From Coleofasciculus sp. B1-GNL1-01 (GTDB lineage Bacteria; Cyanobacteriota; Cyanobacteriia; Cyanobacteriales; Coleofasciculaceae): a DNA stretch of 64,000 nt. A model generated the notes under the pieces. It was not told where the DNA came from and made no database searches. It saw only the letters and a list, made by a program, of their open reading frames with translations. Position 1 is the first letter of the stretch. Every line of letters starts with the position of its first letter. Shown here one piece after another: positions 18,881 through 29,528 of this stretch. The position numbers and the translations under genes are program-made. Location of the stretch: assembly GCA_040220235.1 (NCBI GenBank), contig JAVJTO010000112.1; one strand, 5' to 3'.

Positions 18881-20053
18881 ATGCCATTACTATCGAGAGA
18901 AGAACTCAAAACCCTGGTTAAACAGCCAGAAGGATTGTGTGTTTCTATATTTATGCCCACCCATACGGCGGGTCCAGAAATTCAACAAGACCCCATTCGC
19001 TTCAAGAATCTCCGGGGAAAAGCCGAAGCCCAGTTGGTTGAGAAGGGTATGCGCCCATCCGATGCCCAAGAACTGCTCAACAGCGCTCAAGAGTTGGAAC
19101 GCGATGAGTTTTGGCGTCATCAGAATCAGGGACTTGCCCTGTTCATTGCTCCCAATTTCTTTCGCTATTACCGTCTACCCCTTGATTTTGACGAGTTAGT
19201 CGTGGTTAGTGACCAATTTCACCTCAAGCCACTAATGCCACTGCTGACGGGTGATGGGTGTTTCTATATCTTGGCACTGAGTCAAAACCAAGTACGACTC
19301 TTAGTGGGAGGGCGCGATCGCATTCGGGAAATTCAGCCTGAGAATATTGAAAATCTGCCTGAAAGTCTGATGAGTGTACTACAGTATGAGGATTCGGAAA
19401 ATCAGACTCAGTTGATGTCCTCTGAAACCTATTCTCCGGGTGGATTACCCGGTTCAGATCCGGGAACTATGCATGGACGAGGTGTGGATGAAGATCAAGA
19501 AAATCAGATCATCCGTTTTTTCAGCCAAGTGAATCAAGGGATACAAGAGTTTCTACCAGATGAGACAGTTCCGCTAGTGTTAGCGGGGGTAGACTATCTC
19601 CTGCCGATTTATAAACGAGTGAATTCCTACCCTCATCTTTTGGACGAAGGCATTACGGGTAATCCCGAACTCTCGAAGCCCGAAGAACTCCATACTCAAG
19701 CCTGGGCAATCGTGCAGCCGAAATTTCAACAGGCAGAGAAAGACGCAATTGACCGCTTCAGAGAATTTTCTGGAAATAATCAGGAACAAGCCTCTGATGC
19801 CCTGAAAGAAGTAGTGCCGGCGGCTTATAATCAACGCATTGATTCGTTGTTTGTCGCCGTAGACCATCAGCAGTGGGGTAACTTTGACCCACAGAGCAAC
19901 ACGGTGCAGCTACATGAGCAACACCAGGCTGGTGACCAAGATTTATTGGATTTAGCAGCCGTTTATACGGTTTTGAATGGTGGCACAGTTTTTGCTGTAG
20001 AATCCGAGCGTGTCCCCGCTCAATCACCGATCGCGGCAGTTTTCCGCTATTAG
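18881..20053 (+). CDS. Bacterial archaeo-eukaryotic release factor (baeRF)-family protein
   Basis: CVSIFMPTH, DPIRFKNL, FHLKPL, PLVLAGV, GNPE and AAVFRY motifs. ATG 18881 follows a GAGGAG RBS. Confidence 0.8.
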   Translation: MPLLSREELKTLVKQPEGLCVSIFMPTHTAGPEIQQDPIRFKNLRGKAEAQLVEKGMRPSDAQELLNSAQELERDEFWRHQNQGLALFIAPNFFRYYRLPLDFDELVVVSDQFHLKPLMPLLTGDGCFYILALSQNQVRLLVGGRDRIREIQPENIENLPESLMSVLQYEDSENQTQLMSSETYSPGGLPGSDPGTMHGRGVDEDQENQIIRFFSQVNQGIQEFLPDETVPLVLAGVDYLLPIYKRVNSYPHLLDEGITGNPELSKPEELHTQAWAIVQPKFQQAEKDAIDRFREFSGNNQEQASDALKEVVPAAYNQRIDSLFVAVDHQQWGNFDPQSNTVQLHEQHQAGDQDLLDLAAVYTVLNGGTVFAVESERVPAQSPIAAVFRY

Positions 20054-20231
20054 TTGCTCTATCGTTAGCGATCGTGATGAATCATCGGGCAACAATAAGT
20101 AAATTTGCTTGAAGGATTGATTGCAAGTACCCTATTGATGTTACGATTCCCATCAGTGCCGTGGGTCACACGGGAATCGCCAAGACGCCATGCGTCTGAT
20201 TGTGTGTGAGGAAGTTCGATAAAGGGATGTT

Positions 20232-21362
20232 TTGTCCGTGATAGACGCAAAATTAACTTCTGGGCGGTCGTTTAATTTAACGGGTTCCAGCCTCTTGACG
20301 TTACTAGCCGTTGGTTTGAGTCTGGGGTCATTGATTCTAGATGGGTTGGGGGAACGCTCCCTGTTCGCCGGAGTTTCCATGACCTTACCCCTGTTGATTT
20401 GTGCTGTGGTGACGGCAGCACTGGGGTATTGGGTTGTCCCCTTTCTGCAAACCCTGAAAATGGGGCAGATTGTCCGGGAGGATGGACCCCAAACTCATTT
20501 ACAAAAAGCTGGAACTCCTACCATGGGTGGGGTGTTTTTTGTACCTGTGGCAGTAATGGTTGCTCTAGTTTGGTCGGGATTGGCACTAGCAGGGCAAGAG
20601 TTTGTTAATGTCCTGGTTGTATCCGTTGTGACCCTGGCTTATGGGATGATTGGCTGGTTGGATGATTGGCAAATTATCCGCCGCCGTTCTAATAAAGGCA
20701 TTTCCCCTCGCCTGAAATTGGCACTACAGATCAGCGTGGGGTTGATGTTTTGTATCTGGCTGGCAGCAAGTCAACCGATTAGTATTACCGCGATCGCACT
20801 CCCGTTTGGTATCGTTTTACCCTTAGGATTACTGTTCTGGCCCCTGGCGCTGTTTGTGCTGGCGGCGGAAAGCAATGCCACGAATCTGACTGATGGGGTG
20901 GATGGATTGGCTGGGGGAACCTGTGCGATCGCGCTTTTGGCATTGGCAGCGATCGTTGCCCCAACGTCACCGGGTTTAATGGTGTTCTGTGCTTGTCTCA
21001 GTGGCAGTTGTCTGGGGTTTGTCGTGCATAATCGCCACCCCGCTGCTGTGTTTATGGGAGATACGGGTTCCCTGGCTTTAGGTGGCGCTCTCGCGGCAGT
21101 AGGATTATTGAGTCAGAATCTCTGGTGTTTATTTGTTCTCAGTGGCATTTTCTGTTGGGAATCAATCTCAGTGATTGCTCAAGTTGCTTATTACAAAGCC
21201 ACCAAAGATGAGGCTGGGGTGGGCAAACGGCTGTTTAAAATGTCACCGTTTCATAACCATTTAGAATTAAGCGGTTGGTCAGAAACCCAAATTGTGGGGG
21301 CGTTTTATTTGACAGGCGGGCTGTTAGCGTTGATTGCTTTAGGATTACAGTCCGGTTTTTGA
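20232..21362 (+). CDS. mraY: Phospho-N-acetylmuramoyl-pentapeptide transferase
   Basis: KAGTPTMGG, IGWLDD, NATNLTDGVDGLA, VFMGDTGSLALG and HNHLEL motifs. The start may be slightly downstream. Confidence 0.95.
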   Translation: MSVIDAKLTSGRSFNLTGSSLLTLLAVGLSLGSLILDGLGERSLFAGVSMTLPLLICAVVTAALGYWVVPFLQTLKMGQIVREDGPQTHLQKAGTPTMGGVFFVPVAVMVALVWSGLALAGQEFVNVLVVSVVTLAYGMIGWLDDWQIIRRRSNKGISPRLKLALQISVGLMFCIWLAASQPISITAIALPFGIVLPLGLLFWPLALFVLAAESNATNLTDGVDGLAGGTCAIALLALAAIVAPTSPGLMVFCACLSGSCLGFVVHNRHPAAVFMGDTGSLALGGALAAVGLLSQNLWCLFVLSGIFCWESISVIAQVAYYKATKDEAGVGKRLFKMSPFHNHLELSGWSETQIVGAFYLTGGLLALIALGLQSGF

Positions 21363-21658
21363 GCGATCGCCCAGTCAGTCAACGAAAATGTTTTGATATT
21401 TATGAGCCAGGTAATCTTTACTGTGAAGATTGCTTGGCTTATTCAATTAAGTGATTCATTACGTTGAGAACGTTCTGCATTTAATCAGGGCGGGTTTTGT
21501 GGTTCATTTATTTGTGAATAGCTAACTTCAGTTCCTAAACCCGCCCCTACAATGGACTGATGACTTATCGCGATCGCTAACTTGAGTGACGCCAGCCAAC
21601 ACTATCGGGTCAAGTTTTGGCACAATCAAAAACAGATGAACTTACTCATTCGGTGCCT

Positions 21659-22465
21659 ATGGCTTCCACTGTTCTGATTACTGGCGCGTCTCAAGGTAGC
21701 GGTAAAGCCACTGCCCATCTATTTGCCCAAAACGGCTATTCCGTGGTTCTCGCTGCCCGCCAACCTGAGCGATTAGAGGCGGTAGCCCAAGACATTCGCG
21801 CCCAGGGAGGCGACGCCTTGGCTATTTCCACTGATGTCACAAACCCCGAACAGGTGCAAGAATTGGTGGATAAGGCACTGTCACACTATAGCCAAATTGA
21901 TGTCCTGATCAATAATGCAGGGATCTGCTTGACTGGATCGGTGGAAAAGACAGAGTTAAGTGATTGGCATCAGCTTATGGATACCAATTTCTTTGGCTAT
22001 GTCTACACCATAGAGGCAGTATTACCCCATTTCCTAACCCGAAAAACTGGCTCAATTGTTAACGTCGGTTCTTTTGGTGGCAAAATGCCCTTACCTGAAA
22101 TGACGGCGTATTGTGCTAGTAAGTATGCCGTTACAGGTTTGACTGAATCCCTACGCTTAGAATTAGAACCTAAAGGTATCTTTGTCAGCGCCGTTCATCC
22201 CGGCGTCATTAAAAGCAGCTTTATGGAACGGGCGATGTTTCGGGGTGAGGATGACTCTGAAGCCGAGTCTCGCCGTCAACAAATGAATCAGGTTTTACAA
22301 TCGCCGCTGGTGAGTCAACCCGAGGACATTGCCCAAGGGATTTGGGACGCTCTCCAGGAGCAGCGTTCAGAGGTTGTGGTTGGACCGACAGTTATCGCCA
22401 CCCAAACCTATCGATGGTTTCCCGATTTAATCACTTGGATGATGAAATTTGCTAACCGCCGTTAA
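21659..22465 (+). CDS. Short-chain dehydrogenase/reductase
   Basis: TGASQGSG, NNAG and YCASK motifs. Confidence 0.9.
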   Translation: MASTVLITGASQGSGKATAHLFAQNGYSVVLAARQPERLEAVAQDIRAQGGDALAISTDVTNPEQVQELVDKALSHYSQIDVLINNAGICLTGSVEKTELSDWHQLMDTNFFGYVYTIEAVLPHFLTRKTGSIVNVGSFGGKMPLPEMTAYCASKYAVTGLTESLRLELEPKGIFVSAVHPGVIKSSFMERAMFRGEDDSEAESRRQQMNQVLQSPLVSQPEDIAQGIWDALQEQRSEVVVGPTVIATQTYRWFPDLITWMMKFANRR

Positions 22466-22877
22466 CTCCACAAGATTCTACTAGACACAAAATTCCTTTT
22501 TTCCGTACAACTGTAAGCAGGATTTATCCAGAAATCGGCTATTTAGAAGCTCCCTAGGAGACAAAAAATCGAGGATTGGTTCTCAAATAATCTTATATAA
22601 TAGTCCGATATTTTGGTAAAAATCAAGTGCTTAACCACTGATTCCTGGGTTGTGCTTAAGACCAAGGTTTGCCAGCAAAGACAGGGAGCAGATACCTCAA
22701 CAGACTAACAGACGGCAAACACAACTGATTCGTTACGGTTCGCCCCAAACCTTTAGTCCATAGAGTTTCTTACATTAGACACAGCGCAAGAAATCAGCAC
22801 GAAGTTCATGGTTGATGATTGGTAATTGGGATAGCGACTGGAACGAGCAATCACCAGATCGAACCGTCCCATCTCAG

Positions 22878-22893
22878 GTTCGGGAACCCCCCC
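22878..22893 (+). promoter_or_regulatory. K-box-like element upstream of dnaK
   Basis: GTTCGG-GAAC-CCCCCC versus the K-box GTTCGG-NNAN-CCNNAC (one mismatch). Confidence 0.5.
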
Positions 22894-23050
22894 TTCATGA
22901 GACAGGCTAACCGCGTTCAGTATAGAGATTGGTAGCCGAACCAATGATATTGAAGCTCACATTGGCTGCTGATTGAACTAGATTTTGGTTCAACAGTCAC
23001 GCTCCCCGACTTCACCAGTATTTGTAGTTAAGCGAACTTGGAACACTCTT

Positions 23051-24973
23051 ATGGCAAAAGTAGTTGGAATTGATTTAGGTACAACAAACTCCTGCGTAGC
23101 CGTTATGGAAGGGGGTAAACCCACCGTGATTGCTAACGCAGAAGGTGGACGTACAACCCCTTCAGTTGTGGCGTATGCCAAAAATGGCGATCGCCTCGTG
23201 GGTCAAATCGCCAAACGTCAGGCGGTGATGAACCCGGAAAATACGTTCTACTCGGTCAAACGCTTCATTGGGCGTAGACATAGCGAAGTGACCAATGAAG
23301 CTACCGAAGTCTCTTATAAAGTCCTCAAAGTTGGCGATAACGTTAAACTAGATTGTCCCTCTCAAGGCAAACAGTTTGCACCGGAAGAGATTTCGGCTCA
23401 AGTGCTACGGAAGCTCGTCGATGACGCCAGTAAGTACCTGGGCGAAACGGTGACTCAAGCCGTGATTACGGTTCCGGCGTACTTCAATGACTCCCAGCGT
23501 CAAGCCACAAAAGACGCGGGTAAGATTGCTGGCGTTGAGGTGTTGCGGATTATTAACGAACCCACAGCGGCTTCTCTCGCCTACGGTTTAGACAAGAAGA
23601 GCAACGAAACAATTTTAGTCTTTGACCTGGGTGGTGGAACCTTTGACGTATCCATCCTAGAAGTCGGTGATGGTGTCTTTGAAGTATTATCTACCTCTGG
23701 TGACACTCACTTAGGTGGTGACGACTTCGATAAGAAAATTGTTGATTACCTCGCCGCTGAATTCCAGAAATCCGAAGGAATTGACTTACGCAAAGACAAG
23801 CAAGCCCTGCAACGGTTAACGGAAGCAGCGGAGAAAGCCAAGATTGAACTCTCCAGCGTTACCCAAGCCGAAATTAACCTCCCCTTTATTACCGCTACCC
23901 AGGAAGGTCCCAAGCACCTGGATATGACCTTGACTCGGGCGAAGTTTGAAGAACTCTGTGCAGACTTAATTGATCGGTGCCGCATCCCGGTTGAGAATGC
24001 GGTACGTGATGCCAAAATTGACAAGAGTGCCATCAATGAGATTGTCTTAGTCGGGGGTTCTACCCGGATGCCGGCGGTACAAGAGGTGGTTAAGCGGGTA
24101 TTGGGTAAAGATCCCAACCAAACGGTAAACCCGGATGAAGTGGTTGCAATTGGTGCAGCAATTCAAGCGGGTGTCTTGGCGGGTGAAGTGAAAGACATTC
24201 TGCTCCTTGATGTTACCCCTCTATCCTTGGGTGTGGAAACCTTGGGCGGTGTGATGACCAAGATTATCCCCCGTAACACCACCATTCCTACCAAGAAGTC
24301 AGAAACCTTCTCCACGGCTGTGGATGGTCAAACTAACGTCGAAATCCACGTTCTCCAAGGTGAACGGGAAATGTCTGGCGATAACAAGAGTCTGGGTACG
24401 TTCCGTCTGGATGGGATTCCCCCTGCACCACGCGGCGTTCCCCAAATTGAAGTTACCTTTGATATTGACGCCAATGGTATCCTGAACGTTACCGCCAAGG
24501 ATAAAGGTACGGGTAAAGAGCAATCGATTAGCATTACAGGCGCATCTACTCTACCCAGTGAAGACGTTGATCGCATGGTTCAGGAAGCTGAAGCCAATGC
24601 AGCGGCGGACAAAGAGCGGCGTGAGAAAATCGATCGCAAGAACCAAGCCGATTCGCTCACCTATCAAGCGGAGAAGCAGCTTAATGAATTGGGTGATAAA
24701 GTCCCAGCAGAAGACAAGACTAAGGTTGAAGGCTTGATCAAAGATCTGCGAGATGCCGTGTCTCAAGAAGACGATGAGAAGATCAAGACGCTGACCACAG
24801 AATTGCAACAAGCACTCTACAGCATCAGTGCTAACTTGTATCAACAAGCGGGTGGTCCAGAACCCGGTGCGGCTCCTGGTGGTGCAGGTGGTCCAGAACC
24901 CGGTGCGGCTCCCGGTGGTGAATCCGGTGGTGGTGATGATGTCATCGACGCTGAATTCTCGGAAACGAAATAG
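23051..24973 (+). CDS. dnaK: Chaperone DnaK (DnaK2-type)
   Basis: [24 protein letters not shown] and the [12 protein letters not shown] tail; true ATG at 23051. Confidence 0.98.
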   Translation: MAKVVGIDLGTTNSCVAVMEGGKPTVIANAEGGRTTPSVVAYAKNGDRLVGQIAKRQAVMNPENTFYSVKRFIGRRHSEVTNEATEVSYKVLKVGDNVKLDCPSQGKQFAPEEISAQVLRKLVDDASKYLGETVTQAVITVPAYFNDSQRQATKDAGKIAGVEVLRIINEPTAASLAYGLDKKSNETILVFDLGGGTFDVSILEVGDGVFEVLSTSGDTHLGGDDFDKKIVDYLAAEFQKSEGIDLRKDKQALQRLTEAAEKAKIELSSVTQAEINLPFITATQEGPKHLDMTLTRAKFEELCADLIDRCRIPVENAVRDAKIDKSAINEIVLVGGSTRMPAVQEVVKRVLGKDPNQTVNPDEVVAIGAAIQAGVLAGEVKDILLLDVTPLSLGVETLGGVMTKIIPRNTTIPTKKSETFSTAVDGQTNVEIHVLQGEREMSGDNKSLGTFRLDGIPPAPRGVPQIEVTFDIDANGILNVTAKDKGTGKEQSISITGASTLPSEDVDRMVQEAEANAAADKERREKIDRKNQADSLTYQAEKQLNELGDKVPAEDKTKVEGLIKDLRDAVSQEDDEKIKTLTTELQQALYSISANLYQQAGGPEPGAAPGGAGGPEPGAAPGGESGGGDDVIDAEFSETK

Positions 24974-25024
24974 CAGGTTAGGATTAGGGGTTAGCCAGAG
25001 GCTAGCCTCTGTTTCTAATCATCA

Positions 25025-25064
25025 AAAGCGACGCTCCTTGTTCAAAAGGCGTCGCTTTATTTTT
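25025..25064 (+). terminator. Rho-independent terminator of dnaK
   Basis: AAAGCGACGC...GCGTCGCTTT stem followed by ATTTTT. Confidence 0.7.
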
Positions 25065-25071
25065 GAGGATT

Positions 25072-25860
25072 TATAGCAACCGCCATAGCGGTTAGGACAC
25101 ATCATTTATGTTATGTAGAGACGCGCCATGGCGCGTCTCTACAATGGTGCCGAAAGTCCTAATCGATGTGTCTACTGCTATATGTAGGGCTTGCTGCATA
25201 AGCGTGTAAGGTAGACCAGATAAGGGTTTCCAGCCCTTCACTTGTTGCGTCCTATTTAGGATTGCTATAGTTACTTTACGCGATCGCTCTTTCCACTAAC
25301 ACTGGCTGAGGAGCTTGTTGCCACAAAGGTTCTAGGGTTTGGCTCAACAACGCGATCGCTCTTTCCACTAGCACTCACCTAGGAGCTTATTACCACAAAG
25401 GTTCTGTCGTCCTCTTTTAGCGCGAAAGTCTGGCACTTGGGTTAAGGCTTCGGTGGAGATTGACCTTCATAGCAAGCAAATGACTCGATTAAACATGGTT
25501 GCAAGATTTAGTGTACGCGCTTATCCTGGTCGCCCTAATTTTCTCTCATCACTGCGGAATTAGCCCTGCCCTTCAAAAGGGGGAAGCCAAAGGATGCTTC
25601 GCTTTTTTTGCACGGGGAAGCCAGAGGAGGCTTCGCTTTTTGTTCCATGGGGGAGACCAAAGAATGCTTCATGAAGAGGGAGAATTCAAAGCCTCTCCAA
25701 TATAAAAAAATATATTCCGCTTCCCTCTCCTTGTACAGCGTTTTCAGACTCGATGTGATACACCCAAACAAGAGCAGAACAGAGTTGTCCTAGAGTGACT
25801 GTACTACACCGTGTTAGAAAGTGCTGTAGGAGAAGGCTAGGGAGAGGTTCAGAGAGAGGT
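25072..25860. repeat. Cluster of nested MITE/REP-like elements and a 72-bp tandem duplication
   Basis: TATAGC..GCTATA element containing GTAGAGACGCGCCATGGCGCGTCTCTAC (25115-25142), HIP1-started 72-bp repeats at 25278 and 25350, and GGGGAAGCCA repeats near 25580-25670. Confidence 0.7.
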
Positions 25861-26029
25861 TTTCCAGATCCCGTGAAAAGTAAGCTCAACATGGGGGTAG
25901 TTAACCCGGATTTAGTCTGAGCCATAGGCAGGGAAATTTTTTATTCGGCACAGATTGCCGTTTTTTCCAAATCAACGTTATAATCTGATTTGTGTCAGTG
26001 TGTTTCCTTTGAAACGCTGTTACACACAG

Positions 26030-26102
26030 GGGCGCGTAGCTCAGTGGATAGAGCACCAGATTCCGGTTCTGGGTGTCGGGGGTTCAAATCCCTCCGTGCT
26101 CG
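26030..26102 (+). tRNA. trnR: tRNA-Arg(CCG)
   Basis: GGGCGCG/CGTGCTC acceptor stem, CCAGA-TTCCGGT-TCTGG anticodon arm and GGTTCAAATCC T arm; CCA not encoded. Confidence 0.97.
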
Positions 26103-26336
26103 TTAAACAAGAAACTCCAGTATTCTTATTCGACTAGGGTTTCAGCCAATAACTAATTAACTGTCACATTACCGTATGTGCCAGTTTTTTGGTGTTCCTG
26201 CTGTTTTTTTGACTATGAATTGACTGTGCTATGAGAGCATCAGATTAGCAAACTTACCCGATAAAGGAAGAATCCTCGTCCATCGCAGAGCTTAAGGCAG
26301 GGAGGTCAAATAAGATTTGAGAGTGCTGGTGTTTTA

Positions 26337-26936
26337 TCAAAAACCTAGAAATTCATCGATGAGGTTGTTTCGCTCATCTTCAGATAACTGATAGAATACC
26401 TTTTTAGTCAACTCTGGAGAGGCATTTTGGGAAAACCAGTCCCCATCAGGATTATCTTGTATTACCAAAAAATATTGTAATCGTTTCTCTATAGCCTCTT
26501 TGTCTGATTTATCTAACTGTCCTATGCGCTTCAACCAATGATGGTTAGAATCTTTAAAACAGTTACCATCAACAGTGTATATTTGATGTATTAAAGCATA
26601 ATATTCAGTATCAAGCTCATTCCTTTGAGTTGGGTTAATCGGGTAAACCGTTGGTAAACCCTTGTATATCTCTTGTGAACTCAATGGAATAATGGCAAAT
26701 GTCTGTATGTCATTCGAGTTATTTCTAAATTGCTCACTTGTCCAAACAAGGTGAGGATGACTGCCTCTCAAAATTCGACTAGCATTAAGCTTTTCTGTAC
26801 AATATTCATGATTACACTCGATCTGACTGGGTTCTTTTAAATCATAAATATGAACATGACCCTGCTTACAGCGCAAAGAAACACGAGAAGGATTAATCAA
26901 GTAGATCCATCCTTGCCGAGGTTTTTGTCCAGCCAT
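26337..26936 (-). CDS. PemK/MazF-like toxin with Cys/His-rich insertion
   Basis: PRQGWIYLINP...HPHLVW...IIPLSS...ALIHQIYTVD...RIGQL follows the PemK pattern; directly downstream of a DUF4065 gene. Confidence 0.65.
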   Translation of the reverse strand: MAGQKPRQGWIYLINPSRVSLRCKQGHVHIYDLKEPSQIECNHEYCTEKLNASRILRGSHPHLVWTSEQFRNNSNDIQTFAIIPLSSQEIYKGLPTVYPINPTQRNELDTEYYALIHQIYTVDGNCFKDSNHHWLKRIGQLDKSDKEAIEKRLQYFLVIQDNPDGDWFSQNASPELTKKVFYQLSEDERNNLIDEFLGF

Positions 26937-26937
26937 T

Positions 26938-27420
26938 TTACAATCCTAACTCACGCACCAATTTTTCTCGTTCGGCGTTTAAATTGAGCTTAACTTTTTC
27001 TTCGGCTTTATGGATTTGCCTCATTTCCAGCATTGGAGCCGTATTCTGTACATAATCTAATAACTGTTCAAATTTTGCTGCACTAGCCCACTCTCTTCTA
27101 ATGTTATCAAGCATTAGTTTTAGACCCAAAGGTAAATTTATATCAGTTGTGATCTCTGCTTCTATACCTAGTCTAATAAAGGTGATCCTGCCTTCAGCTT
27201 TCTGGGCAATCTCTTTCCCGTCCATTTGACTGAGAGCTGCGTCTATATCTTCATGCCAGGGACTATGGTGGTAGTAACACCAGTTTAATTGAGTAAGCTG
27301 CTTTCCTGTCCATTTAACCGTATAAAGATCAGCCAAATATAAAAAATTAACGAGCTGTGTTTTTGTGATATGCCCTTTTGTCTTATAGACAAAATATTTG
27401 ATGAGTTGCTCCAACATCAT
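26938..27420 (-). CDS. Panacea/SocA-like antitoxin (DUF4065)
   Basis: ITKTQLVNFLYLAD...TGKQLT...WCYYHHSPW matches the DUF4065 pattern; GAAAGGA RBS before ATG 27420. Confidence 0.75.
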   Translation of the reverse strand: MMLEQLIKYFVYKTKGHITKTQLVNFLYLADLYTVKWTGKQLTQLNWCYYHHSPWHEDIDAALSQMDGKEIAQKAEGRITFIRLGIEAEITTDINLPLGLKLMLDNIRREWASAAKFEQLLDYVQNTAPMLEMRQIHKAEEKVKLNLNAEREKLVRELGL

Positions 27421-27542
27421 TCCTTTCAATGCTGATGCCTAGATCGTCGGTCAAGTATTATGAGAAACCGGGTTTCTCGTGAAGATGACAGAAATATCAA
27501 GTTTCACCCAAAGAAACCCGGTTTCTTGACCGAGGCATCCAA

Positions 27543-28319
27543 TTACATACCCATGATTTCATATCCAGCATCGACATATAAAACCTGACCCGTGATCCCA
27601 CTGGCGAGATCACTCGATAAGAAGGTGGCGGTATTGCCGACTTCTAGCTGGGTAACGGTTCGCCGTAGGGGTGCTACCTGTTCCACATGATGAATCATAT
27701 CCAAGATGCCGCCCACGGCTGAAGAGGCTAGGGTGCGGATTGGACCTGCGGAAATCGCATTGACCCGAATATTACTCGGTCCCAATTCGGCGGCGAGGTA
27801 ACGGACGCTCATCTCCAATCCTGACTTGGCAATCCCCATGACATTGTAATTGGGGATCACTTTCACGCCGCCAAGATAGGTCATGGTGACAATACTTCCT
27901 CCCTCCTTCATTAAGGGTTTAGCAGCAGCGGCTAATCGCGTGAGGGAATAGGTACTAATTTCTAAGGCTGTGGTAAACCCTTGGCGCGAGGTTTGGCTAA
28001 ATTCTCCCGATAAGTCCTCTTTGTTGGCAAAGGCAAGACAATGGATGAGAATATCCAGTTTGCCCCACTGCTTCTCAATCGCCTCAAAGGTGGCGTCGAT
28101 TTGAGCATCATCCTGGACGTTACAGGGTAAGAATACACTGGGTTGTAGGGGTTCTACCAAGTCTCTGACTTTCTTCTCGAAGCGTCCCTTCTCATCGGGT
28201 AAATAGGTGACTCCCAACTCAGCACCCGCTTGGTGCAACTGTTGGGCAATGCCCCAGGCGATTGATCGATTGTTGGCAATCCCAGTCACTAGGGCATTCT
28301 TTCCAGTCAAATTCAGCAT
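27543..28319 (-). CDS. fabI: Enoyl-ACP reductase FabI
   Basis: GIANNRSIAWGIA, YNVMGIAK and VNAISAGPIRTLA motifs. Confidence 0.97.
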   Translation of the reverse strand: MLNLTGKNALVTGIANNRSIAWGIAQQLHQAGAELGVTYLPDEKGRFEKKVRDLVEPLQPSVFLPCNVQDDAQIDATFEAIEKQWGKLDILIHCLAFANKEDLSGEFSQTSRQGFTTALEISTYSLTRLAAAAKPLMKEGGSIVTMTYLGGVKVIPNYNVMGIAKSGLEMSVRYLAAELGPSNIRVNAISAGPIRTLASSAVGGILDMIHHVEQVAPLRRTVTQLEVGNTATFLSSDLASGITGQVLYVDAGYEIMGM

Positions 28320-28458
28320 AGGTATCTTAATTCTTCAAGACAATAAAACAATTCGTTAAAGAATAACCGTGTTTGGGCGATGTTCGTTGTATGATAACGC
28401 CAAACCGTTAGCTATCAACTCAATTCATCAGGTGTCCGTTGACATCTCACCTCATTAT

Positions 28459-28512
28459 GTAACAATTGGTACAAAAAACCTATTGGGACTCAGATTAAGT
28501 ATTCTTGAATAC
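28459..28512 (+). promoter_or_regulatory. Two NtcA boxes (GTA-N8-TAC) upstream of ntcA
   Basis: GTAACAATTGGTAC at 28459-28472 and GTATTCTTGAATAC at 28499-28512. Confidence 0.85.
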
Positions 28513-28610
28513 AATATAGGGATCGTTCATTGAGCCGATTTTGGAGTCTCAAGCTTCATCGGCAATCACTTACAGGAAGTCAGTAAGGCTTTGGCGCAAG
28601 GGTAATAGGT

Positions 28611-29282
28611 ATGGTCGTAATGCAAGATAGACCGTTAGCAGCTGTGTTCCGTCAAATCGGCGGAAGCTCATTTCCTCCCGTTATTGAAACCTTTGAACGG
28701 GGCAAAACTATTTTTTTCCCAGGAGATCCTGCCGAACGGGTCTACTTTCTCATGAAAGGCGCTGTGAAGCTTTCCCGGGTATATGAGGCGGGTGAAGAAA
28801 TTACAGTTGCCTTGTTGCGGGAAAATAGTGTCTTTGGGGTATTGTCATTGATTACAGGTCACCGCTCTGATCGGTTTTACCATGCGGTGGCGTTTACCCC
28901 GGTTGAACTGCTTTCAGCTCCGATTGACCAGGTAGAGCAAGCGCTCAAGGACAACCCAGAGCTATCCATGTTGATGCTCCAGGGACTGTCCTCGCGGATT
29001 TTACAGACGGAAATGATGATCGAGACATTAGCTCACCGGGATATGGGATCTCGCTTGGTCAGTTTTTTATTGATTCTCTGCCGTGACTTCGGTGTCCCTG
29101 GTAAGGATGGGATTACCATTGACTTGAAGCTGTCCCATCAAGCGATCGCGGAAGCGATTGGCTCTACACGAGTAACCGTCACTCGTCTACTGGGGGATCT
29201 GCGAACGGATCAAATGATTTCTATTCAAAAGAAAAAAATCACGGTTCACAACCCTGTCGTGCTGAGTCAGCAGTTCACGTAG
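28611..29282 (+). CDS. ntcA: Global nitrogen regulator NtcA
   Basis: [23 protein letters not shown] and [22 protein letters not shown] motifs. Confidence 0.98.
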   Translation: MVVMQDRPLAAVFRQIGGSSFPPVIETFERGKTIFFPGDPAERVYFLMKGAVKLSRVYEAGEEITVALLRENSVFGVLSLITGHRSDRFYHAVAFTPVELLSAPIDQVEQALKDNPELSMLMLQGLSSRILQTEMMIETLAHRDMGSRLVSFLLILCRDFGVPGKDGITIDLKLSHQAIAEAIGSTRVTVTRLLGDLRTDQMISIQKKKITVHNPVVLSQQFT

Positions 29283-29528
29283 GCGTCGTAGACAATTTAC
29301 TTATTGCTCAGGTTCATCAATTTTGAAGGCGGGAGACTTTAGCTTGATTCATTTGATGAACTTTAAGCTGCATTGCGTTGGCAATAGTTTGGGCAATTGC
29401 CAGTAGGACAAACTCCCTAACTAAGCCGAGAATCTGTTTGAGCTTCCCCTGCAGCCCTGCTTCCTACCCCACCACAAGACTTATTCAGCAGCCCCTATTG
29501 TAGGGTAAGATTTACATGGGTTGAACCC

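Noticed and set aside
22985..23050. N-terminal extension of DnaK in the ORF track, and similar extensions on hli, cbiM, cruA, kaiB, kaiC and DUF2301
   Set aside because: Conserved N-termini and RBS positions point to downstream ATG starts.
25278..25405. Possible mini-CRISPR (72-bp period)
   Set aside because: Only two copies, similar along most of their length; this is a tandem duplication.
25499..26137. Several short overlapping ORFs before and over the tRNA
   Set aside because: They are made of repeat elements or overlap tRNA-Arg.
26268..26309. IS200/IS605-like right end (AAGAATCCTCG...GGAGGTCAA)
   Set aside because: The hairpin is too degenerate and there is no tnpA/tnpB sequence nearby.
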